Assembly: GCA_039794365.1 (NCBI GenBank) | Contig: JBDIVN010000001.1 | Location: forward strand, 450,753-514,752 | Reading direction: 5' to 3' | DNA: 64,000 nucleotides | DNA from: Vampirovibrionales bacterium | GTDB taxonomy: Bacteria > Cyanobacteriota > Vampirovibrionia > Vampirovibrionales > Vampirovibrionaceae | Shown here: piece by piece, positions 55,346 through 64,000 of the stretch | Numbering within the stretch: position 1 is the stretch's first letter | Layout: each line of letters starts with the position of its first letter | Translations under genes and position numbers: made by a program | The notes under the pieces: model-generated | Databases searched by the model: none | What the model was told of the DNA's origin: nothing | The model's input: the letters and a program-made list of their open reading frames with translations, nothing else

Positions 55346-57085
55346 TCAGAACTGCCGGTTTCCGGAAGCATCCGCGTCATTGGCTATGACCGGACGCGAC
55401 TCGTCCGGCGCCTTATCCTTCCTTTTGTCTATCAGGTGGGCTTGGATGGTTTCATCGGAAACCGTCACACGGTTGACCTGGCCGTCGCGGATGTATGTCA
55501 GTTCCGGGTTGTGATAGACAAACCGGCGCAGACAGCCCTTGGTGAAGCTGTGGGGGTCCACCTCCTGGCCGTCCAGGTGGGTGATGACGTCTCCCTCGCG
55601 CAGGCCGATCTCTTCGGCCATGCCGCCTTCCTCCACACTGGTCACAATGACCCCGCCCTTGACCGAAAGATCCTGAACGTTGGCGGAAGCTTTCTCAAAG
55701 TAACCCCTCTCCGTTTCGAACTTCTCGCGGAATTCCTCCTCCCGCTTTTGCGCTTTTTCAAGCTCCTTCTGGTATCGAAGCTCCATTTTCTCCATATCGT
55801 CCTGCAAGCTGTCGATGGCATTCTTCCGGATGTCCCGGAAACTCTCCAGTTCCTGCTCGGCCAGCAGCACGGCCTGGCGGCTGTGGTACCATTTCTGCTC
55901 CAGCAACCGCAATTCGTTGTGCTGCGAATCATACGGGGTCAGATCGTAGGTAAAGCCGGGGATGGCAAAATTATCTACCGGCAGGCCGGCCTCGTAGGCC
56001 ACGATGGCATCGGCCACATCGTTGATGTGAATGCCCTGGTTCATGTCCGCCTTGCTGATAATACCCGAATTGTGCAGGGCGACAACTTCGCCGGTATGGA
56101 GGGTGACCGCGCTGCCCGAACTGCCGCCATCCGTGGGGATGGAATACTGGAACAGCGGAACCGCCTCCGAAGGACGCCAGCGCTGGGTGTGTGAAATCTT
56201 ACCATCCACGAAGGTGAACAGATAGCCCTTATGGTTTCCGGTCAGAGCGACGTAATTGCCTTTTTTCACGTTATTGCTGTCCTCGACAAAGCGGAAGGAA
56301 GGAAACGTTCCCTTCTCAAACGGTTCGCCATCCTCATCAAGCAACTGGATGTATGCCAGATCCCGCTGGGGGGATTCGAAAAGTATCCTGGCCGAATACT
56401 CGGAACCGTCCGCCAGCCGGACGTTAATCGAGCCGTCCGGGTTCTGTTCGGCATGTTCCGTAATGTGATGGTTGGTGATCATCTTGCCATCGGTGGACGA
56501 AAACCAGGCCGTGCCCATGTAACCGTTGAATTTCTTATCATCGAACCTGGCAGGGGTCAGGGGCGCATTGGGATCAATGGCGCCACCGCCCCTCATCCGG
56601 ATATGGCCCGTGCGGGCCTCCTGGTATTCGGCCAGCGGAGAAACATCCAGCGGACTGATCTGCGGAATGCGGACCCCGTCATCCTCCGCGGCGCGGCGGT
56701 TGATCTCCCCACGGGACAGTTCCTGCAACGGGTCCACGTCGGGGGCGATGTTGATCGCGTCCGTCCGGGGGTTCGAGAGCGACGTCAGTTCAAACGGGGA
56801 ATTTTCCACCGCCTGCGGGTTCGGGAATGATACCAGGTCAAACGAGGGATTTTCCACCGCCAGCGCCGGACCGGATATTGTTCCGGACATCACGTACATC
56901 AGACTGCCCAGCAGGAGCGGCAGCAATCTTTTATTCCGTTTGGGACGCGCCGCGCCGAAGCGGACAAACGTATCGCCGGCTTCTTCCGGATACGCCGCCG
57001 GGTTCCTGTATGGAACCGTTCCGGCAAAGGCCGGTATGGATGCCGTCTTAAAGGCCGGATATCTGTTCACGGACGTCACGTTCAT
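55346..57085 (-). CDS. Trypsin-like S1C/HtrA-family protease with coiled-coil insert and PDZ domain
   Basis: GTAW, ITNHH (His), RDLA (Asp), GGSSGS (Ser) and PDZ AEEIGLREGDVITHLDG. Confidence 0.85.
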   Translation of the reverse strand: MNVTSVNRYPAFKTASIPAFAGTVPYRNPAAYPEEAGDTFVRFGAARPKRNKRLLPLLLGSLMYVMSGTISGPALAVENPSFDLVSFPNPQAVENSPFELTSLSNPRTDAINIAPDVDPLQELSRGEINRRAAEDDGVRIPQISPLDVSPLAEYQEARTGHIRMRGGGAIDPNAPLTPARFDDKKFNGYMGTAWFSSTDGKMITNHHITEHAEQNPDGSINVRLADGSEYSARILFESPQRDLAYIQLLDEDGEPFEKGTFPSFRFVEDSNNVKKGNYVALTGNHKGYLFTFVDGKISHTQRWRPSEAVPLFQYSIPTDGGSSGSAVTLHTGEVVALHNSGIISKADMNQGIHINDVADAIVAYEAGLPVDNFAIPGFTYDLTPYDSQHNELRLLEQKWYHSRQAVLLAEQELESFRDIRKNAIDSLQDDMEKMELRYQKELEKAQKREEEFREKFETERGYFEKASANVQDLSVKGGVIVTSVEEGGMAEEIGLREGDVITHLDGQEVDPHSFTKGCLRRFVYHNPELTYIRDGQVNRVTVSDETIQAHLIDKRKDKAPDESRPVIANDADASGNRQF

Positions 57086-57596
57086 GATTGCCATTCTTCC
57101 CACACTCTGTATCGATGACGCCGGACCACCCACGTGACCATTGCCACCGCGTACTGTGCCATTCGTTTTCCTAATCCCTTCGATTCCCCCTGCTTGTCGG
57201 CAGGAGAACCCACTTGTTCTTTTATTCTTTTACCAGAAAGAAAGTATATTGTGAATACGCCGGGAAACAGTCGTATGCCGGAAAAAATGACATATTCCCC
57301 AGTCATCCAGAAGATACGGTTGATATAGTAAGGGCGTTCAAGGCAGACTTGTGTCACCCGTTTAACAATTGTTTACAGAATCAACGGCCTTACAGGGCCT
57401 ATTTAGGCAATTGGCTGTCACAAGACGGCGAAAAACCGTTTTCATGCAACCAGAGGGCTGACATAGAATTCATCGGTTAGACAGTCAGGGATGACATACT
57501 CTTTAGTCACATCCGGGGCATAAGCTAACGCCTGGGTATCCCAGATCACGATCCGGCCCTCCGGGAAGATGATCGATCGTTTGAAAGGGCAATGGC

Positions 57597-58352
57597 ATGA
57601 TTTCTGCTGGTATGATCTCCGTGAAGGAACTCACCAAATTCCGGGCGGGACGCAGGGAGCCGGTTCTGAACCGGATTGACGCCGAATTTCCCGAAGGGAG
57701 CATTTCGGTGATTATCGGCGTTTCCGGCGCCGGCAAAAGCACGTTCCTGAAGTGCCTGCTCAACCTGGAGACACCGGACGCAGGCACCCTTCACCTCAAC
57801 GGAGAACGGCTCGATCCCGGCGACGTCAATCCGGCCCTGATGGGCGGGGTGCTCCAGAAGCCGTCATTGTTCCAGCATCTGACGGTCATGGAAAACCTGA
57901 TGCTGGCGCCGAAAATCGTGCTGAAAAAGCCGGTGGACCTCATTGAGATGGAAACGCTGGATATGCTGGATGCCCTGGGCGTTGCCGACAAGGCCCATTA
58001 CTACCCCCACGAGCTTTCCGGCGGCGAGTACCAACGGGTCAGCATTGCGCGGGCGCTTGTTTTCGGGCCGAGAATCCTGATTCTCGACGAACCTACCAAC
58101 GCCCTGAACGAAGCATGGATCCAGGAACTGGTGGCCATGCTGCGGGCGCTCTCGGACCAGGGCATGACCATCATCGTCAGCACCCATCACCTGGCCTTTG
58201 CCCGCCAGATCGCGGACCGGCTCTACCATCTGCAGCCGAACGGCAAGATGCAGCGGCTGGATGATATTCCGCCCATCAACGTGGTGCGCCAGGAATTTGG
58301 CGAATTTGAAGTCCGTCCCAGCGGATTCGATCACCAGGTGATCGGCATGTAA
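57597..58352 (+). CDS. Polar amino-acid ABC transporter ATP-binding protein
   Basis: GVSGAGKST, LSGGEYQRV and ILDEPT. Confidence 0.93.
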   Translation: MISAGMISVKELTKFRAGRREPVLNRIDAEFPEGSISVIIGVSGAGKSTFLKCLLNLETPDAGTLHLNGERLDPGDVNPALMGGVLQKPSLFQHLTVMENLMLAPKIVLKKPVDLIEMETLDMLDALGVADKAHYYPHELSGGEYQRVSIARALVFGPRILILDEPTNALNEAWIQELVAMLRALSDQGMTIIVSTHHLAFARQIADRLYHLQPNGKMQRLDDIPPINVVRQEFGEFEVRPSGFDHQVIGM

Positions 58353-58378
58353 CGCATTACCAATGCACAGGGTTTGCC

Positions 58379-59068
58379 ATGGATTACCAGTGGCTGTCAT
58401 TCGGCGATATTCTTTTGAAAGGGCTGCTTACCACCCTGGCACTTACGGTGTTCGGCAGCATCCTTGCCGTGGCACTGGGCCTGCTCATCGCCCTCTGCCG
58501 CACCCGCTGGATTCTGAATCAATTCCCGCCCGTCCAGAAAGCGGCCATTATTTATATCGAACTGTTTCGCAACACGCCCCTGCTCTGCCAGGTTCTGTTC
58601 TTCTACTACGGGCTGCACCTGTCGGGCTTCATCGCCGCCCTGCTGGGGCTGGCGCTTTACACATCGGCCTACATCGCCGAAACTTTCCGATCAGGCTTTT
58701 CCACCGTCAGCGAGGACGAACTGCACGCCGGCAGGCTGCTCGGTATGAGCCGGCTTCAGGTGATCCGGCACATCCTGCTGCCGCGGTCGCTGGAATCCAT
58801 TACCGGCGCCCTGGGCAACCAGTTGATGAACCTGACGAAAAACAGCGCCATCGCCTATTTCGTTGCCGTCTCCGACCTGACGTCGGTGTTTGAATTCCTG
58901 ACGACCCAGACCTACCACTTCCTGGAGTTTTTCCTGATCGTACTGGGCGCCTACTTCGGGCTGTGCTTCCTGATCAACCTGGGTTCCAGAAAGCTGGAAA
59001 AGCACCTGTTGACCCGCTATGACGAAACACGGGCCATCCCGCCAGGGAGGACGCTGGCATGGAATTGA
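58379..59068 (+). CDS. Polar amino-acid ABC transporter permease
   Basis: YIELFRNTPLL, SAYIAETFRSG and EAA-like loop. Confidence 0.93.
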   Translation: MDYQWLSFGDILLKGLLTTLALTVFGSILAVALGLLIALCRTRWILNQFPPVQKAAIIYIELFRNTPLLCQVLFFYYGLHLSGFIAALLGLALYTSAYIAETFRSGFSTVSEDELHAGRLLGMSRLQVIRHILLPRSLESITGALGNQLMNLTKNSAIAYFVAVSDLTSVFEFLTTQTYHFLEFFLIVLGAYFGLCFLINLGSRKLEKHLLTRYDETRAIPPGRTLAWN

Positions 59069-59718
59069 ACGCGCTGGGTCTGAATCCTTCCGATTGGCTG
59101 CTGCTATGGCGAGGCCTGCTCACCACCCTGGAGATCACCGCGCTGACCCTGCTCATCAGCCTGCCGCTGGGGGCGGTCCTGGGCACGATCCGTTTCCTGA
59201 ATTTTCCTGTGATATCCAATGCCATCGGCGGGTTTATTGACAGCCTGCGCAGCATTCCGCTGGTCCTGTACATCGTGGTCCTGTTCCTCGTGGTTCCTCT
59301 ACCCGCCAAGGTGCTGGCAGTGCTGGCCCTTTCGAGCTACACGGCCACCAGCATCGCCGAGATCATCCGCGGCGGCCTGCTGTCCATTGACGTTTCGCAA
59401 CTGGAGGCGGGAAAAATCCTCGGCATGACGCTGAAACAACGCATGCTCCACATCGCCCTGCCCCAGGCGTCCCAGCGCATGCTGCCCGCCCTGGTGAGCC
59501 AGGCGAGCGTCGTGGTGAAGGACACCACCCTGGTTTCCATCGGCGTGCTGGAACTGACCAAGGCGGTCAACGTCCTGAACATGCGCCATCTCGATCTCTC
59601 CATCGAGTTCATGATCCTCGTGGCCGCGTCCTACTTCATCCTGTGCTACGGCATCTGCCTGATGGGCCGCTGGCTGGAGTTCCGGCTCATCCCCGCCTGC
59701 CAGCACCAGCAGGTTTAA
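59059..59718 (+). CDS. Polar amino-acid ABC transporter permease
   Basis: RSIPL, AEIIRGG, QLEAGKILGM...LPQA and KDTTL. Confidence 0.93.
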   Translation: MELNALGLNPSDWLLLWRGLLTTLEITALTLLISLPLGAVLGTIRFLNFPVISNAIGGFIDSLRSIPLVLYIVVLFLVVPLPAKVLAVLALSSYTATSIAEIIRGGLLSIDVSQLEAGKILGMTLKQRMLHIALPQASQRMLPALVSQASVVVKDTTLVSIGVLELTKAVNVLNMRHLDLSIEFMILVAASYFILCYGICLMGRWLEFRLIPACQHQQV

Positions 59719-59726
59719 TAACGCTT

Positions 59727-60434
59727 CTAGACGACGGGTTGCGAGCCGGAGAGCTTGATTTCCCGGAAGCTCGCCGCCATGTCATACATCATCGACCGGA
59801 CGCTTTCCGGATCGCGGCATGACTGCACCACGCTGAGTCCTGCCTCGCGGGCGGCTTTTAATTCTTCCACGCTGTCGGAGACAAACAGGATCTTCTCCGG
59901 GGGCAGTTTGATACGCTCGGCAATGGCCTTGTAGGAGCCGGGTTCCTTCTTGCCGCCGATGTTGGTATCGAAATAATGGCTCAGGAAGTGGCGCAGATCG
60001 CCGTGGACGGAGTAGCGGAACAGCAGTTGCTGGGCCTGCACGGAGCCGGAAGAATAGATGCCCATGCGGACCTTCTGGTCCCGCCAGTGACGAAACATCT
60101 CCGGCACATCGTCGTAAACGTGGGCCTGAAACTCGCCCTTTTCGAAGCCCTCTTTCCAGATCAGCCCCTGTAACGTCTTGAGCGCCGTATGCTTGCGGTC
60201 CTCGTCGATCCATTGCTTCAGGACGTCAATGGCCTCTTCGGGCATGATTTCCCGGTCTTCCTCGCTTTTCACCGTCTCCTGGACGGAAACGAGACACTCC
60301 TGCACCTCGGCATCTTCCAGATGGTTTTTCACGAAGAATTCCAGGTGCTTCTCCGAGTAGGGAAACAGGGTCTTGTGGACGAAATCGATGTCCGTTGTCG
60401 TGCCTTCAACATCGAGCAGAATGTATTCAATCAT
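59727..60434 (-). CDS. mtnC: Acireductone synthase (enolase-phosphatase E1)
   Basis: LLDVEGTT, LFPY, DRKHTALKTLQG and IYSSGSVQAQ. Confidence 0.95.
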   Translation of the reverse strand: MIEYILLDVEGTTTDIDFVHKTLFPYSEKHLEFFVKNHLEDAEVQECLVSVQETVKSEEDREIMPEEAIDVLKQWIDEDRKHTALKTLQGLIWKEGFEKGEFQAHVYDDVPEMFRHWRDQKVRMGIYSSGSVQAQQLLFRYSVHGDLRHFLSHYFDTNIGGKKEPGSYKAIAERIKLPPEKILFVSDSVEELKAAREAGLSVVQSCRDPESVRSMMYDMAASFREIKLSGSQPVV

Positions 60435-60973
60435 GGGGTCACCGGTTGATAACGCTTGTCTATACCAGAATGGGTGTAATGGGGCACCCAGCCCGCCTCG
60501 TCGATAAAAATGCGGATGGCCTTCACGTGGGCGGGTTCGCCCAGATCAAACCAGTGCTTGACGTTGGCGGGAACCGAGAGCAGGTCGCCCGCCTCGCATT
60601 TCACGCAGAAAACCTCTTCGTCGCCGTTTTCGGGCTCAAGATGGAACCAGAAATATCCCTGGCCTTCCACGAAAAACCGCACCTCGTCCTCGCTGTGGGT
60701 GTGCTCGCTCAGGAACTTGTCCCGGATGGCCTGCAGATTCGGGGTCTGCGGATGGACCACGATGACGTCAGCGGTTTTATAGCCGCCCTGTGCCATGAAC
60801 GGTTCCAAGGCATGCCGGTAGGCATCCAGCACGGTCTGCGGGTCCGCGTCGGGAGCGAACGCCTCGGCGGCTTCCCAGCGGTCGATGAAGATGCCGCGGG
60901 CGTCGAGAAAACGCCGAATCGCCTCGAAATCCACCATCGTCTCTCGTTTCTCAGGAAGGGTCAGGGTAGCCAT
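60431..60973 (-). CDS. mtnD: Acireductone dioxygenase
   Basis: FLSEHTHSEDEVRFFVEG and GDLLSVPANVKHWF. Confidence 0.95.
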   Translation of the reverse strand: MATLTLPEKRETMVDFEAIRRFLDARGIFIDRWEAAEAFAPDADPQTVLDAYRHALEPFMAQGGYKTADVIVVHPQTPNLQAIRDKFLSEHTHSEDEVRFFVEGQGYFWFHLEPENGDEEVFCVKCEAGDLLSVPANVKHWFDLGEPAHVKAIRIFIDEAGWVPHYTHSGIDKRYQPVTP

Positions 60974-61619
60974 AGGACCTCAATTTTAAAACAGACTCGA
61001 AGAGAAATTCAAACACCTCCACGTGGCGCTTGGCCGCCTGCGGGGTTTTTCCCCATGTATAGAGGCCGTGTCCGGCCAACAGGAAGCCATGCCCCGGTCC
61101 ATGCTGCCGGAAATACCGGCGTATCTCCCCGGCGAGGGTCACCATATCCTGCGCATTGGAGAACACGGGGACGCTGACTTCCGCCTCGTGGGTCCGGATA
61201 CCCTCCAGCCCCTTGAGGATCTCGAACCCGGAAAGTTTTACCACTCCTTTCGGCTCATCCAGCAGGGACAGCACGGTAGCGTTGACAGAATGGGTGTGCA
61301 GGACCACGTCCATGTCGGGCAAAACCTCGTAAATCAGCGCATGGAGCGGGGTTTCAGCAGAGGGCCTGATGTGACCCGCCTTCGGGTCCGACACCCGGCC
61401 TTCAAAATCGACGGCGATAAAATCGTCGGGCGTGAACTCGCCCTTATCCCGCCCGGAAATGGAAATGGCAAAGCCGTGGCTCTCCGGCTCCGGCAGGCGG
61501 AAGGAAAAGTTGGAGCTGGTGGCAGGCGTCCAGCCTTTGGCATGCAGAAACCGGATCACGTCCGTGACGGCCTGACGACGATCGGCGAGTTCCTGCGGCT
61601 GGGGTTTCAGCGTGGGCAT
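60951..61619 (-). CDS. mtnB: Methylthioribulose-1-phosphate dehydratase
   Basis: GWTPATSSNFS, PSAETPLH, LHTHS and GHGLYTWG. AAAGGG lies before ATG 61619. Confidence 0.95.
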   Translation of the reverse strand: MPTLKPQPQELADRRQAVTDVIRFLHAKGWTPATSSNFSFRLPEPESHGFAISISGRDKGEFTPDDFIAVDFEGRVSDPKAGHIRPSAETPLHALIYEVLPDMDVVLHTHSVNATVLSLLDEPKGVVKLSGFEILKGLEGIRTHEAEVSVPVFSNAQDMVTLAGEIRRYFRQHGPGHGFLLAGHGLYTWGKTPQAAKRHVEVFEFLFESVLKLRSYGYPDPS

Positions 61620-61655
61620 GCCCTTTCTCCAGTTGCTTCGGTAACCGGGAAGGGC

Positions 61656-61664
61656 ATTATAGCA
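61656..61664 (-). promoter_or_regulatory. Extended -10 element for mtnBDC
   Basis: TGCTATAAT on the minus strand, 36 nt before the mtnB start. Confidence 0.55.
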
Positions 61665-61693
61665 AAGAGAAGGAACGCTGTCCCCTCTTGAAA

Positions 61694-62839
61694 TCAGGCG
61701 TTTTTCGGGACGTTTCCACCGGAAAGCACGCAGACGGACAAGCGCTCTTGCGAGGGACGATACGCATCCAGGCAACGAACCGGATAGAGCGTGCCCCCGG
61801 CGGCGCCTTCCACCGGTGCGCCGCGATCCGCCTCGGCGAAACGGGCGCCTTCGGCCATCTGCTCGTCGGTGATCCGCAGGGTTTCCACCCGCAATAAATC
61901 AAAAAGCACCTGGTTATCAGGTGCTAATTCTTGAACACGGATGGCGTCGCCGAGTACGGAGCCGAGATCGGCGAGGCGAAGGCCAAGGACGTTTACTTTA
62001 AGATGGCTGAAGCGGAAGTCGCGGGCAAAGGCCAGCTTGAGCGCGGTGGCCGTACCGGCCAGCAGGCCGCCGCCGCCCACGGGAACCACCACCTGAAGCT
62101 CTTTCAGATCCGGGCGGGCTTCCACGAGGGGAACGAGCTGGTAAAACAGCTCCAGGCCGATGGTACCCTGACCGGCCACGACCCAGCGGTCGTTGTACGG
62201 GTCGATGTAGTATTCGCCGTCATCCTGCGCCATGGCCCACTCGCGGGCATCGTCGAAGGCATCGCCCGCGAAAACGACCTCGGCGTGGACACCGCGCTCC
62301 AGCAAGGCGGCGACCCGGTCACGGATCTTTTGCGCCTTGCCGGATGCGGTATTTCGGGGGACGACGATTCTCACGGAATCCGGGTTCAGGAGTTCGGCGG
62401 CCTTGAGAACGCCCAGGGCATGGTTGCCGGTGGAAACGGCCAGAAAGCGCTTGCGGCCGCACTCCATCATCTTCGCCATGCACACGGTGGCCCCGCGCAG
62501 CTTGTAGGCACGGGTCACCGTCTGGTACTCGCACTTGTAGAAGAGGTTTTCCACATGGTTCGAGGCCACCAGCGGGGTCAGCGGTTCCTGCGACGGGTTG
62601 TCCGACTCGGACGCTTCATACAGCGTCAGTTCGGTCCGGTATTTTTCGAGAATCCGCTTGGCCTCCAGGGCATCCACGTACAGATGGATGAGCCGCAGGT
62701 AGGACGCCATCGAGAAACCGCCCGGCATCCCCGGAATGCAAATAATGCTGTCAATCCCGCCATCGATGCCAATAATCGGGTACTGGCTCCGGACTTCAGG
62801 TTGATTCAGCACTTGCGTTCCAAGACCTGCGGTTTCCAT
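61694..62839 (-). CDS. PLP-dependent threonine/serine dehydratase-like enzyme (catalytic domain only)
   Basis: KCE...AYKLRGA, STGNHA, GQGTIGLE, PVGGGGL and LSGGN. Adjacent to ilvC. Confidence 0.85.
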   Translation of the reverse strand: METAGLGTQVLNQPEVRSQYPIIGIDGGIDSIICIPGMPGGFSMASYLRLIHLYVDALEAKRILEKYRTELTLYEASESDNPSQEPLTPLVASNHVENLFYKCEYQTVTRAYKLRGATVCMAKMMECGRKRFLAVSTGNHALGVLKAAELLNPDSVRIVVPRNTASGKAQKIRDRVAALLERGVHAEVVFAGDAFDDAREWAMAQDDGEYYIDPYNDRWVVAGQGTIGLELFYQLVPLVEARPDLKELQVVVPVGGGGLLAGTATALKLAFARDFRFSHLKVNVLGLRLADLGSVLGDAIRVQELAPDNQVLFDLLRVETLRITDEQMAEGARFAEADRGAPVEGAAGGTLYPVRCLDAYRPSQERLSVCVLSGGNVPKNA

Positions 62840-62868
62840 AATGGTGCTCCTGTACTCCTTTGTTCTGC

Positions 62869-63906
62869 TTAATTGCGTTCTCTGTTAACGAGGCGGCTTT
62901 CCTTCAGCCAGCTCATCATCTTGCGCAGCTCGCGTCCGGTCTGCTCCAGCGGGTGGTTGCGATCCGCCTCGACCAGATCCTTCATGTGGGGCTGACCGGC
63001 ACGGTACTCGGCGATCCACTCGCGGGCAAAACTGCCGTCCTGGATCTGACCCAGGACTTTCTTCATATTGGCTTTCACTTCCGGGCCGATGACCACGGGA
63101 CCCCGGGTGACATCGCCGTAGCGGGCGGTGTCACTGATGGAGTAGCGCATGTCTTCCAGCCCGCCCTCGTAGAGCAGATCCACGATGAGCTTGAGTTCGT
63201 GAAGCACCTCGAAGTAGGCAAGCTGCGGCGGATACCCGGCCTCAACCAGGGTTTCGAACCCGGCCTTGATCAGCGACGTCGCGCCACCGCAGAGGACAGC
63301 CTGTTCGCCGAAAAGGTCGGTTTCCGTCTCGTCCTTGAAGGTGGTCTCGATGACCCCTGCCCGGCCGGAGCCGATGCAGGCGGCGTAACCGAGGGCCAGT
63401 TCCAGGGCTTCGCCGGAGGCGTCCTGGTAGACGGCGACCAGCGACGGCACACCGCGATCCCGCTGGAATTCGGCGCGAACCAGGTGGCCGGGGCTTTTTG
63501 GGGCAATCAGGAAGACATCGATGAAATCCGGCGGGGCCACTTCGCCGTAATGAACACTGAAGCCGTGGCTGAAGACGAGGGCCTGCCCCTTTTTCAGCTT
63601 GCCTTCGAAGTAGTCCTTATAAACATCGCGGTGGTTCACATCGGGGATGAGAAACACGATGACGTCCGCCCATTCGGCGGTTTTTTCAAGATCGACGACC
63701 TCGAACCCGGCGGCCTTCGCCTTTTCGGCGGATTTGCTGCCGGAGCGCAGGGCGATTTTCACCTTGGCGCCGGAGTCCTTCAGGTTGGCGCTCTGGCCGA
63801 ACCCCTGGCTGCCAAAACCCACCACCGCAATGTTTTTCTGCAAAAGCTTGTCGCGGTTGATGTCCTGGTCGTAGTACATTTTCAGCTTACTGGCTGTTGC
63901 TGGCAT
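62869..63906 (-). CDS. ilvC: Ketol-acid reductoisomerase
   Basis: GFGSQG, FSHGF, APKSPGH, ETETDLFGEQAVLCGG and AYFEVLHELKLIVDL. Confidence 0.98.
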   Translation of the reverse strand: MPATASKLKMYYDQDINRDKLLQKNIAVVGFGSQGFGQSANLKDSGAKVKIALRSGSKSAEKAKAAGFEVVDLEKTAEWADVIVFLIPDVNHRDVYKDYFEGKLKKGQALVFSHGFSVHYGEVAPPDFIDVFLIAPKSPGHLVRAEFQRDRGVPSLVAVYQDASGEALELALGYAACIGSGRAGVIETTFKDETETDLFGEQAVLCGGATSLIKAGFETLVEAGYPPQLAYFEVLHELKLIVDLLYEGGLEDMRYSISDTARYGDVTRGPVVIGPEVKANMKKVLGQIQDGSFAREWIAEYRAGQPHMKDLVEADRNHPLEQTGRELRKMMSWLKESRLVNRERN

Positions 63907-64000
63907 GAGCTTCTCTCCTTACGGTATGCAAAGGAACAAACACAGGGGTGGATTTCTGGCGGGTCTCATTTTGAGACGGGGCAATGGAGGCCACCGGAGT

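Noticed and set aside
57109-57137. sigma28-like promoters for the RFG-leader genes
   Set aside because: Only partial -10-like matches (ATCGATAC here, ACAGATAG before Lon) with no properly spaced -35.
57300-57596. Amino-acid riboswitch upstream of the ABC transporter
   Set aside because: Small hairpins are present, but I could not match lysine, glycine, glutamine or SAM riboswitch consensus. An Rfam/Infernal scan would settle it.

Overview
Bacterial chromosomal window, GC-rich apart from one AT-rich patch at about 23.5-25.2 kb. Several traits suggest Vampirovibrionia/Melainabacteria (inference, not tested): 'RFG' N-terminal leaders on enzymes, long Flp-like pilins and a DUF2993-like gene. In order, it holds a partial L,D-transpeptidase; a Wzx/Wzy-type exopolysaccharide cluster (1.2-14.3 kb); glnS-YqeY; dinB; argB-argG-argH; an AT-rich HAD + membrane-protein pair; a MarR-GNAT fusion with a deacetylase; a NUDIX hydrolase; a membrane-anchored Lon; tam; a LOG protein; several secreted/TPR proteins; an adenine/adenosine deaminase; gltBD; three tandem ~310-aa Flp-like pilins; proBA; an HtrA-like protease; a polar amino-acid ABC transporter; mtnBDC; an ilvA-like gene and ilvC. 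The strongest hidden signal is a classical ribosome-mediated attenuator in front of argB. It has a TTGACA-N17-TAGATT promoter, a 30-aa leader peptide with five consecutive Arg codons, mutually exclusive 1:2 / 2:3 / 3:4 helices and a U-tailed terminator. Other notable signals are a shared PxF[GA]...D...[VI]RFG leader on unrelated enzymes and a CGTC-type REP family with polarised tandem half-repeat tails, two copies of which begin at GAG-TAG stop codons and bracket the AT-rich cassette. I saw no rRNA, tRNA, CRISPR array or transposase.
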